Positions 12,997-25,717 of a stretch of DNA of 64,000 bases are shown in pieces; the first letter of the stretch is position 1; each line of letters starts with the position of its first letter. Below the pieces are notes generated by a model, which was not told the DNA's origin, did not search any database, and was given only the letters and a program-made list of their open reading frames with translations. This DNA is from the human T2T-CHM13v2.0 reference genome, Homo sapiens. The DNA lies in assembly GCF_009914755.1 (NCBI RefSeq), contig NC_060931.1, one strand, 5' to 3'. The position numbers and the translations under genes are program-made.

Positions 12997-14764
12997 AATA
13001 TTTATAAAGATTTTGGTAACCTTATAAAGCAGTGCTGTGTTTCACTCATGTCCTGCATATCCTACCACCTTAAATTTTTTGAGAAGTAAACAAGTACTTT
13101 TTATTTTATAATTATATTGGTTTAGACTCACTTGATTTTTTTATAATTATGTTTATACTGACTCTGAATATTAGTCAATTTCTCAGGTTAATACTAGATA
13201 CCATTAACCTAAAGTTAAGCAAGATATCATTCTACTATAACTAGTGAATGGGATGCGTAGAATATCAACAGAAACACCTTTTCTTTTCCCTTTAATAAGG
13301 TATAGTAGGATTCATTTCCTACCAGTCTCCCTGTCAATATGATCACCACTGCCTCCATACACACAATGGACTACTATCTCGAGTATGTTGTTTATCCTAA
13401 ATACAATGCACTTCTTTGTCCAATAAGAGATCAGAGCATCATTCTGTGTATTCAACATTAATGGCAATTTTATCCTACTAACACATGTAGCCACTTAATT
13501 CTTTACCTTGTTTTGGCTGGGGTCAGAACAGCTTTACTGAGTGATGAAGTTTCTTTATGCCCTGATCTGAAATATTAAAAAAATAAAAATAAAAAAGATG
13601 GCCAAGTGACGTACGTTCAATGCATTTTTAAATGGCAATTGTCTTTTATAAACTAGATAATTTTATAAATGAAAAACTCTGAGTTATGAAATGTAAATCA
13701 CCATTATCTAGAATTTTTTAAAAAATTTCCTATTATACTCATTAGACCATATAAGTCAGCACAGTATGGCTGAGTTTATTTGTTTGTTTGTCCATTTAGC
13801 TTATTTGAAACAATTCAGCTGTCTCTGAGGGAAAGGTCATTCAAAAGTTTCAAATTCTAGGTGACTATGTAATTGGTGAATTAACAGAAAAAAAGTGTTT
13901 TCATATTTATATTTTTGCTTTTTCATAGTTCCTTTTTTCTGTCATTTTGTGCTTCATGATAAAATGTAGAACTGAAGAAAAAATGTCCATGAATCGCAAG
14001 TACTGTGTTCTATCCATATCATTAACTAGTCAAACCTGTGATAAGCCTTTTAACTTGTCCGAGCTTCAATTTTCTTTGTTTTATTTAATACAATAATAAT
14101 ATACATACTCCTTTCACTTTTTAAAAAATACAATATACTTGACATCTTTGAGCTTCTGAATAAAAGGAACATATTGAAGGACTAGCCATCAGGTTCAAAT
14201 AGTTCTGAACCTGATATCTAGGTAAAAGGAACAGGTAAATAATAATAATAAAACTGATTTGTTAGTTGACTGAGTTGAATGACAGATTCAGTTTAGTGTA
14301 AGTTTTCCAGCTTATGAAGACAGAACTTGGGTGTCCCCAGAGTTGATGATGGGATTCAGAAGATACTTGAACATTTATCTTATATATGCCAACATATGTT
14401 ATTTTTAATAAACACTATTGATTTATATAATAGAAATTATAAAAGGCATATTCGAAGTCAAGTAATTTGAAGTACATGCTAGGTATACACTGGGCCATTT
14501 TTTTTCAGCTATAAATTTAGGAAAAAAGTATACTACCTGTTCACATTTGTATCAATGAAACTCTAACCCATCTTACCTAATTTTTTTTAAAAAACTCCCC
14601 ACCTCCCAGCTAGAACAACGTTAAAAATAATAATATTAACATCAAAGGATAGTAGGAGAAAGCAGTAGCTCAATACTAGTTTGAGCTAAAGCAAAAGAGT
14701 GGAAAACTATATATGTTAGGTGAGAGTTAGACTGGGTAGAGCTTTCAAAAACAAAAAGACTCTA

Positions 14765-14910
14765 CACAAGAGCTTACATAGAACTTATATGTGTCAGACA
14801 CTGTTCTAAGCAGTTTGCATACATAAAATCAATGAATTCTCACACTCAGTAAAGTAAGTTGGATTAATATTCCCCATGAGCCATAGAAGTACCTATGGTT
14901 AAGTACCTTA
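14765..14910 (-). mobile_element. MIR SINE
   Basis: 'ttatatgtgtcagacactgttctaagc...aattctcac'. Confidence 0.7.
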
Positions 14911-17900
14911 CTCCTAAACACAAACATTTTTTAAACTCGTACTCACCACAAAACTGCTACAGCTATCCATTCAAACTTTTTTCATATTTTTCTCTTATAG
15001 TTCCATGATAGCTGTTTAATTATTAATTATAAAACAAATTAATTTTAAAATTCATTGTATTTTAATTTCTTCATATTTTACATATATATTTTTCCTAGAA
15101 CTTTGGAACAATTTTCCTTTGAATCAGAGGTGATTGTTGCATTGCAATCCTATAGACTGAAGACATTTTAGTGAATCTCAATCTCTGTCTTCTAAAATGG
15201 CCATCACATTTACAAAAATTTATGGAAAGAATCAGACTGGTGCAGAATGCTGTAATTAGGTGTATAATAAGAGCATCACAATTTGCAATGCATCCTACAG
15301 AGGAATAGCTGCCTACTATGATTTAACTAGGATTGGGCAAATGTGCAGCCCTCAGTGCCATTTATGAATTAATCAGGTGCACAAGCACCTCTTAGGAGCC
15401 TTCACACCGAGTGAGGAAATCTCCTAAGGGACATCATATTAAAACAGCCCTACAAAACTCATTAGTAGAAACTACATCTTCCTATTTTTAATTTAAATAT
15501 ATAATAGAAAAAGAAACAACCTTTTCCAGTCTATCACTGGACTTGAATTAGGGTCATTGTAATGAAGGAATACTAAAGTTTTTTTGTTTAGTTTCTGAAT
15601 AAATGCATATCTTATATCTATGCAATTCTGGAACTGCAAGAAATGTGAGGAGAAAACCATTTTTAATGTAGCTAATAATGTATATAAAACATATGTACCT
15701 TACAGATCTGTGCAAACAGCAGCACACATGAATGACTTATTTCAACCTGAAGATAACATAAAATGTAGTGGTTAAAATTATCCTCTTGCTTAACTCAGGC
15801 CAATGTCAATGTCGTATGACTTTTCGCTATTATCAGCTTTGAAATTGAAATAAAAATTAGACAAAGTTATAAAAAGTCACTATTTTTTTAACCTAGCTAT
15901 TACAGAAATACTTTTCAATGTTTCAGGCAGAACAGGTAATATAAAATTTCCAATACTGACTTCAACTTGAGACAAGGATATACTTTAAGAATTAGCACTC
16001 TGCAAAGTGTGTTAAGTCTGACATTCATGATGTCTCCGTTATTAAATAGACACTGGTACGTACTGATTTTCTTATAAAACTTAATAATGATAATGACCTT
16101 TCCTTTAGGAGTTGGGTTTCTATGCTGAAAACACAGATAGATATATAGAATTTGATACCAGACAGACTGCAGCAGACTGTTGAGTTTTTATAGAGAGAGA
16201 AGTTGTAATGCATTTTTCACCTTGGACTTTGAACATTGATGTGCCATCATGGCCATCAAATGTATATATTTTGGTTTATAGTGAATATAATTAGTGTTAC
16301 ACTCAATTTATTACCTGATTCATTGTCCTTATGCCCCACTGCATCATTCCACTGCAGTGATTTGCACAACAGAGAATCCTATTAAAGGAAAAGCAGCTGA
16401 TGGTACACATTTCTTTTCATGTCACTTTACTCTATTTGAAAAGCAGTATTGAGCCAAATTTTTATGACCACACAGAGGCTAGTAGCTTGTAGATATGATG
16501 CTATGTTCTTTAACCTTATTCACAACCCCAGATCAAGACTTATTTCCATATAATGTAACAGATGAGTCAATGGTCCAACTGGCATATTTTTTCCAGCTTC
16601 AGAAATTCAGATAATTATAAACTAATTATATCACTAAATATTTCACCTAATTTTAAATATGAGAAATAGTTATAACAGCCTCCATGTATTTTTTGGCCCT
16701 AAGATGGTTGTTTTGTGATACATTTAATTGTATGTTTATCAAGACACAAAGAAGAAAAACCAACCATTATATCTGTACATACCAAAAATAGGTAAATGTA
16801 ACAGCCTGTTTACATCCAAAAATACTTACTCAGTATTCTAAAGTTTACATTTTACCTCCAAGCCTGTAATATTGGTCTGTGCTATATAAATAATATTTTA
16901 CCTTAACTCTAATCATGTGTATAAGCTTTTTAAAATATAATTAGCAATCAAAATAGACATCCACACATCAAATGTTAAAGACTTTAAGAAGGATATGAAA
17001 ATTGAGCTCAACTAAATTTGAGCCCAGCTCAAATCTTGGCTCTTGTTTGCTACCTATGTTAATTTTCATAAGCTTTTAAAGCCTCCATTCCCTTAAATAG
17101 AATGTTTTGAGCCGGATTAGTGTGTTTGTGTTGGCAATGTGTACAGTAAGAAATGCTGTGCAGATGAAAGTCATAATTTGAATGTTCATCTCTTTCCTAG
17201 ATGCTATATAGATCAACCTATATCACTGTGAAATTTACACTCAAGCATATTTTAACACTGTGTTGACTCAGTGTTAACTGATTTGCATATACAGAACCTA
17301 TGCAACTGACAAGCAAATAAGTAAGCTAAAAATTAGTTTTCTTTCATATGTGTCATAACGATAGATTGGGAGGGAGATGCGTTTAACTGTAGGAATATCG
17401 TCAGAAGACGTGTCTCTAAAGTGAGAAATTGGGAACATCTGGATACAAAAGAATAAACTATGTTTTCAGCTTGCCTAGTAAGAGTCTAACCCTTTTAAGC
17501 TTTAAGACAGCCATGAAAGTGAGTGTGACATGGACAAGAATCTTTAGTTTTTATTGTTTGCTGAAGACTAATAAACTGTGCCATTTTGAAAGTGAAAAAT
17601 TTACCAACACTTAGCTCAGTTACCTCATTTATAAAAAGGCTAAAATCAAAATCACGGATTTTAAAATATTCATCATTAGAACCTCAGGATTCCTTGGCTT
17701 GATTCAGAGGTTTCTGGGAGGTAACCGTAGGTACCATGGGCTGGGATCGAGGCCTTCTTCCCTTCTTTAACAACATGGATTTGTTTTCCATTTTGGGATT
17801 CTCCATATGATTTCATCTGGAAAAATATATGGGGGAGTGATAACACTGTTTAAAAGAAATAATACCACTGTTTCTATGTGATTTCTGGGTTTCAATTCAG

Positions 17901-17974
17901 TTTTTAAATACCATACATTTGTTTTTAACATTGGGATAACCATCGCTTATCTGAAGCATTATAAATCTCACCTA

Positions 17975-18254
<280 letters not shown>

Positions 18255-18652
18255 AATGATAGACTGGATTAAGAAAATGTGGCACATATACACCATGGAA
18301 TACTATGCAGCCATAAAAAATGATGAGTTCATGTCCTTTGTAGGGACATGGATGAAATTGGAAAGCATCATTCTCAGTAAACTATCGCAAGAACAAAAAA
18401 CCAAACACCGCATATTCTCACTCATAGGTGGGAATTGAACAATGAGATCACATGGACACAGGAAGGGGAATATCACACTCTGGGGACTGTGGTGGGGTGG
18501 GGGGAGGGGGAGGGATAGCATTGGGAGATATACCTAATGCTAGATGACGCGTTAGTGGGTGCAGCGCACCAGCATGGCACATGTATACATATGTAACTAA
18601 CCTGCACAATGTGCACATGTACCCTAAAACTTAAAGTATAATTAAAAAAAAC
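18255..18652 (+). mobile_element. 5'-truncated young L1 (L1HS/L1PA2 boundary, GCG/A type): ORF2 C-terminus and 3'UTR
   Basis: Encodes [27 protein letters not shown]...SLIGGN*; L1HS-like 'gagatcac', 'aatatcac', 'gcacaatgtg'; GCG at 18549-18551; 'ttaaagtataat'. Confidence 0.95.
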
Positions 18653-18679
18653 AAAATCTTTTCACCTAGTTATTTACTT

Positions 18680-18928
18680 AAACAAACACTTGTATGGTTA
18701 CTCCTATGAGCCTCATTCTTTTTTTACTACTTTGTAAATAATTTGTTCATTTACTCCTTATAGCATCCTTGCAAAGTAGATATCATACAATGATTCCTAT
18801 TTTGCAAATGAGGAAATAGGCATGAAGAGATTAACTCTCCTGTCCAATATCCCAGGAATAGTTAGGGCAGAACTGGAACTTGAATCCAAGCTGCTGCTCT
18901 AGAATCTATATGATTAACCCCTGCACTC
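18680..18928 (-). mobile_element. MIR SINE
   Basis: 'cctattttgcaaatgaggaaataggcatgaagagattaa...gaactggaacttgaatccaag'. Confidence 0.8.
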
Positions 18929-19717
18929 TTCTGCTTTTAAATTCTGATGTATTTGTGATATATTAGTGATATTAATGTAGATTCCTGTCATCTATATTTA
19001 TAAATATTCTTTTATAAGTATTTTAATGGTTACAAAAAAAGGATGTTTTGTCTCTTCCTAACAGTGGTAAAATTAACTTTTCCAATATAAAAGGCCTTTG
19101 TAGAGCTATAGAAATATATGTAAATAATTTTTAGGGAAGATCTCTAAGTATGGATCAAAAGTTGCTGTTACCAACCACAAACTATTTTGGGTAACTAACG
19201 CAGAACACACTTTCCATTAGAACAGATCATGAGATTCACTAGTAATAGGAAATTAAGTAATTTTTATTAATTCCTATTCTAATTTCTTAATCCAAAATTT
19301 ATACATTTAATTCTTAAGACATTTTATAGTATATGCATGTGATTTTTAGATGGATTTTTTATGTACAAATATAGAGAAGTAGGAAAATAGGTGCATAATG
19401 ATGAACAATCCCCTTAGTAAAATATGTATAAATGTACAGATAAAATCTCCTGGCTATTTGCTTACTAATGGACTAATTTTTAAAATACAGTGTTCTCGTG
19501 AAACCAAAATTTACCAGATTTTCTGAAATTGATTTGTATTCCCCAGAATGCAATCTCCTATTCCCCAAGGGAATTTATCATTTGGTTTATTGCTTGAAAG
19601 TAGACTTGGGCTTGAAGACTCTCAATTTCTTACTAAATGTAAAATAGAGAAGCAATATCATTGTTTTAAAATAACTGGAGATAAACTGTAGAAAGTTTAT
19701 TTGGAGATACCTCTTAC

Positions 19718-19888
19718 ATTTTTAATTTTTTTATTTTTAGTTATGGATACATAATAGTTGTATATATTTATGTGGTACATGTGCTATTTTGATACAAATA
19801 TACAATGTGTAATGATGAAACACAGGTTACTGGGACCTCCATCATCTCAAATATTATAATTTTTTGTACTGAGAACATTCAAATCTTC
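19718..19888 (-). mobile_element. L1MA 3' end fragment
   Basis: T-tail then 'gatacataatagttgtatatatttatgtggtacatgtg...gagaacattcaaatcttc'. Confidence 0.85.
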
Positions 19889-21169
19889 AAGAGACCTTTT
19901 AAAATTGTGGATCTCTTAGGAGACGAGTATCCTTTAGCAGATATTGAACATGGCAATTATTTTTACCAATAGAGATTTTCTCAATTGTGATATTATACTT
20001 GTTAAGTGAATACACTCACACATTGTGCTTCTATCATTTGTTTGACCAATTATAACTTTTTAAACAAATTATGGGAAATCTTAGATTGTGCCAAATTGTG
20101 TCATCTTAGAATTTCAGAATTAATGAATGTATTATACATTACTTTTTTCATTGAAACTCTTAATTCATAAAAGATACTGAGTTGTATTAAGTGAGGAAAG
20201 TAGATAAATGTTTATTTATTTTGAAATTTGGTATAGCAATTCTTGATTATTTAGGATTAACATCATGAACAGACATAGTGATACGGGAAGAAAGGCTGAA
20301 CAACTGCAGTGCATAAGTTAATTATTTAAATAATTTAAATCATTGGTTACAATTAGATATTCATTATTAATTATTTAATTATCCATAGTATATTTGTTTT
20401 GCATTACTAAAGAATATCAAGGATTTTTTCTGATATCATCAGTGTTTGTTGACTATACTTGCAATAATGAAGAGGCAGAGAGGATTTTAGAAGGCTGCAC
20501 ATTAACTTACATTCTGTAATTTTCTTACACTGTTATGATAAGTTAAGCTTTATTTAATTATTCTGACATTTCAGAGAACCCTTTTACTTCATCTTCACAA
20601 GGAACGTTTTTAACATACTACACATTTAACAAATCATCTTAATAAGGAGAACACATAATATCAAAGCATTCAACAATAATGTTATATTTTAAAGTCTCTT
20701 CTGTAAAGACAGCTTCTTATCTCTGGATCTTTCTTCCAAGATTACTTGTTTCTATTATTTACTTATTCATTAATTCTTTTATTCATTTCTCATATTTTCC
20801 CTAAAGGTTTCAAGGCTCTTTACAAAAAGGATAAATCAAACAAAAATAATATAGTAGAAATAAAAGGAGAAAACTAAGGCTAAAAACCGAAAAGCAAACC
20901 TTACAACACTGAGGGTTAATACCATTGCTGTAATTGAGCATAAAAATTGCATTAAGTTTCCTGGCAGGCAAGGTAAAAAGTACAAAGCGACAAGTTACAA
21001 ATCACGCAGAGAAAAGAAAACATACCATTTGCTCTTGAGAAACAGTTTTTCCTAGTATTAACCCTGGAGAGAAATTATTCATGTGAGGCAATACTTTGCA
21101 AATTGTATGTCAGCCCACTGAATAACTTCAGAGGGTTCTGACAAGAATTTTAAGAACTGAAATACAATA

Positions 21170-21790
21170 AAGTTGGTTTTTATTATTCAAAGTAATTGTG
21201 TTCTATAAAGTCCCTTTGAACATTGAATTAGTGAATACCGAATCATTGTCCCTAGGAGATACACAGGTTTCATGTCTGTGGAGCCTCTGGCCTACACCAA
21301 TCAATACATAACCTTCCTTTATGTGTGCTTCTGTTTAAAGATATCTTACTTAACACATATTATTCATTCACTAATGTTGGACCCATGTCCAACAGAACCA
21401 TAGTCATGTCTGAAAGAAGTGTATGTAACCAACCTATATTTTCTCTGTAAGGGACATCACAGCTTTGTCGAATTTAGGAACACTAGACTTCAGCGCCATG
21501 CTTGGGGGCCAGATTGAACAGCGAAATCACCAACAAAAAGCACAAGAGTGCAAAACACTCTTAGAGAGTACAAAACACTCTTACAGAGTACAAAAACAAG
21601 AAGGGAGATTGTTACCTTGCTCACCTTGGTATATGCCTGTCAAGTGACTCAAGTTTTTCACTGCTCTGAGCATGAACATACCCACACATGACTGTAAAGT
21701 TCCATGAGTATTGATTTGGGAGCTTACAAAAAAATTTTAGAGTTTAGATAAATTTGTGAGTACAGAATTCACTAATTGTGAGAGCTGAAA
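21170..21790 (-). mobile_element. MER82 (TcMar-Tigger)
   Basis: 'ttaggaacactagacttcagcgccatgcttgggggcc', 'cagcgaaatcaccaacaaaaagcac'; ~620 bp. Confidence 0.85.
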
Positions 21791-22066
21791 AATCTATACT
21801 GGAAGAGAATAGAGAGGAATAAAGTAGAAAAAAATACATTAGAGCTGCCTATCCCAGGCAGTAAAAAACAAATATTGTTTCATGAAATATTTTTCAGTGA
21901 TAATATCAAGAGAGCTATTGACAGATGTATGCAAAAATGCCAATTTTTATAAATACGTACAGCAAATCACAAAAAAATTGTATTTCTTACTTTTTTATGT
22001 TTGGAAATCATTGGTATAGAGGACATTCAGCGATGTGATGAACAATTTAATAACAAATTCTGGCTA

Positions 22067-22070
<4 letters not shown>

Positions 22071-22108
<38 letters not shown>
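22071..22108. repeat. (GT)19 microsatellite
   Basis: Direct read. Confidence 0.98.
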
Positions 22109-22109
<1 letters not shown>

Positions 22110-22244
22110 ACTTGAAAAGACCCATTAGGAAACATTTCAAGAATCTTCTAGGGTATTAATAAGGTTCTCTTCTAGGGCAATGACAGTGGAAAAGAAAAAT
22201 AAAAAAGAGATGTGAGACTCTAGTGCTGAGACAGAAATTCTCCT

Positions 22245-22580
22245 CAGGAGTTCCCCATCTTTTTGGCACCAGAGACCGATTTTGTGAGAGACAATTTTTC
22301 CACGGAAGGGGAGTGGGAGAGGATGAAACCATTCCACCTCAGATCATCAGGCATTAGTTAGATTCTCACAAGGAGCACGCAACCTAGACCCCTCACATGC
22401 GCAGTTCACAGTAGGGTTTGTGCTCCTATGACAATCTAATGCCCCCGCTGATCTGACAGGAGGTAGAGCTCAGGCGGTAATACTTGCTCTCTGGCAGCAG
22501 CCCACCTCCTGCTGTGTGGCCGAGTTCCTAAGAGGCCATGGACAGGTCCCAGTCCCTGGCTCAAGGGCTGGAGACCCCTG
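22245..22580 (+). mobile_element. MER1B (hAT-Charlie MITE)
   Basis: CAGGAGTTCCCC...GGAGACCCCTG termini; 'ttccacctcagatcatcaggcattagttagattctca'. Confidence 0.92.
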
Positions 22581-23199
22581 CTCTTGTTGACGATTGAATG
22601 TGAGTGCTGGAGTTGGGGAAGAAGAGAGAAGAGACAGCAATGACGTAGAAAGGCAAATCCAAGCTACCTGGAATTGCGCTACCACTTTTGAAGGAAGGAA
22701 ACACATTAGTAAGAGCAGGAGATTTTTTGTTTTTGTTTTTTAGAAAAAGATATTGAGAAAATGTAAGAAATGAAGCTGAAGGTTAAGAAAATATTAAATT
22801 AATATAGCTAAAGAGATTTAGTTTCTTTCACTCTCCACTAAAATGAAAATTTAAAAATGAATAACATAACTGAAGATACCATACCACAAAATAGGGGACA
22901 AAATCATGTCAGAATTTAAAAGAAAGAAATGAATTTAAAAGAAAGAATGTCTTTTTAGGTCATAAAATGTGAGGTGATATCAGGGGGATGATGTGAAAAC
23001 TACAGAAATGAAACAGGAATAACCAGGATCAATGAAGATGAAGTAAGAGAGTAAGAGTTACAGTTATATGAGGAAGTATCAATGAATCACCCATGTGATC
23101 AAATCACACTGTTGCCTTTCTCAGAAAACCCCAAAACATTTTCCAAGACTTTCAGAAGTTATAAACCTTCAATGTAAAAAATTCTGCCTTAATCAATGC

Positions 23200-23391
23200 A
23201 TTTATTTTTTCTAAAATTAATTATATATTTTTATTGATGCATAATTGTTGTACATATTTGAGGAATACATTTGATAATTTAATACATCTGTATAATTTGC
23301 AGAGATCAAGTCTGTGTAATTGGGGTATCCAACACCTTAAATATTTGTCTTTTAATTATGCTAAAAAAATCAAATTATTCTCTTCTAACTA
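23200..23391 (-). mobile_element. L1MA 3' end fragment
   Basis: 'ttgatgcataattgttgtacatattt...'; possible TSD TAATCAAT. Confidence 0.8.
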
Positions 23392-25383
23392 TAATCAATA
23401 GACTTCTTTTTCTCCTTTCTCTTTTTCTTCCTTCCTTTCATCCTTTTCTCCTTTGTTTCTTTTTTCTTTCTTTCTTTTCTTCCTGCCTCCAGTACCAGTT
23501 CTCTAAGATAATGGAAAAAATGTTCTAAGAACTACAAGATGTTGCTTTTCAATGTCTAGATTCCCCTTCTGTGTTATTTCATCCTTCCATAACCTGTTTT
23601 GAGCCTGCTTTGGATAGCTGGTGGTAAAGGTTTCTCATTATTTATTATTTTCCCTTAGTTGCTGTGAGGGTTTCGTCTCATTGGATGGCCTGTGGCTTTG
23701 GCGTCTAACTTTCCTTAAGAGTTGAGCCCATTCCCACTGGCCACCAAAGCCATATTAATGACAAAAATCTCATAGGTGTAATAATCATTCTTCTGTTAAG
23801 ACTTAAATGCATTTGGGGATTTAAGTATCAATCTCACGTAGTTTCAATTTACAAGGCTCTCAAAATTTGTTAGAGTTTTGGTTTCAGTTATGCGTACTCC
23901 AAACAGTGTTTTATACAACAGTGCTAGTATTAATTGTATCTTTAAAGATGAATTGTGAGACTATTATTAGTGTAGAGTCACTGAAAGTAAAAGGTGCTGT
24001 GGAGATAATATTAATAAGGTTTTAAGTATTCCTCTTGGGATGAAGAACTTTATTTTGTCAAATAAGGTAAATACACAAACTGCTAGGCTTTATTCGGATT
24101 CTCCATGCTTGTGAATTTTAGATCCACTAAAGACATAGCAATTTGTTCACTAGCATAGATAACTAAAGAAAATACAGGTATAAACTTACTTTAACATTTG
24201 AAAATCTGCATTAGAATTTCATGGTATGCTGAATCATAATAACAATATCCTTATTTTATATTTATAATGTTTATTCTTAATTTTCACTGAATTACTAAAA
24301 ACAAAAATCTGGCTTTCATATCTGTCTAGAGAAAGTCTATTACTTCCATTCCATATTAGAAATATGTTTAAATTTTATACTTCACTCTGTTGAAAATTCA
24401 GTAAGGCAAAGGGGAATTTAAATAAAAATAAACCATCCTCTCATATGGAAATAAAGTAGAGTTTTGTTTTTCATCTTTTCCTGTTCTCAGTGTCAGCCTT
24501 AACCAGGTGCAACTAGGGCTCAACTCCCTCCCTGCCGTGACCCCAACCTTCTGCCCCCATCTCTTAGTACCTAAGATTGGCTTTGTCTGTTCTTAACATT
24601 AAAATAGCACCTTAATATTATTAGACAGATTTATTTAATAAAAACCACATTATTTCTAAATGGCATTCACCCTCTCAGAAGTTTAAATATCTGCCAGAAA
24701 TTTACCCCAGCACTGACCTTGCTTTCTTTAGTAGAGTACAAGCCTTCAATAAAACACTGACAATCAACAGCAAAAAGCCACTTGTCTCACCTGAATATAT
24801 AATAACAAGAATAAGTTTCCTGGTACTGCTCTATATGGATGTATTTATATAAGCACATAGCCTTTTGGGGGGTGTTGGTTAGTTCAAAAACACATATTCC
24901 AAATACTCCTTACATTCAAATTCAGCAAGTTATGGTTTGTTTTGATCTTTCAAAGTGTGCTTGAAGGTTTGAATGCATCTGTGGGCTTACTTTACGTAAT
25001 ATATGCAGTTAAATTTTAATACAAACTGACTTTTCCCTTCTACATAGCCACTCTCCAACTGCTGTCAGTCAGCAGGAACTCAGGATATACAGACTCATGT
25101 TAACCTCTAGAAGAATGCGATTTCTAGCCCATTCAGTTGGCCACAGAAATGCCCAGATTGTATTTCGAACTAAAATAAAAGCTGCTTTGGAGGTAATTCT
25201 CTATTCCCACCTTTACTACTTGCTAGTACAAGTAATTAATTTAGAAGAGAAACATATATTCAACTTTATATTTGTAATCAAAATGTGAATATTCCAAAAA
25301 AATGCATGCATGCTTGTATTCCAAAGAAATATGGAAATGGGTGGGGAGACACAAATACTCTCAAATAAATTGTAGGAAAGTAA

Positions 25384-25717
<334 letters not shown>

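Noticed and set aside
16025-16213. 62-aa minus-strand ORF with an internal TTTTCAG acceptor
   Set aside because: No recognisable protein and only a weak donor (AAG|GTCATT).
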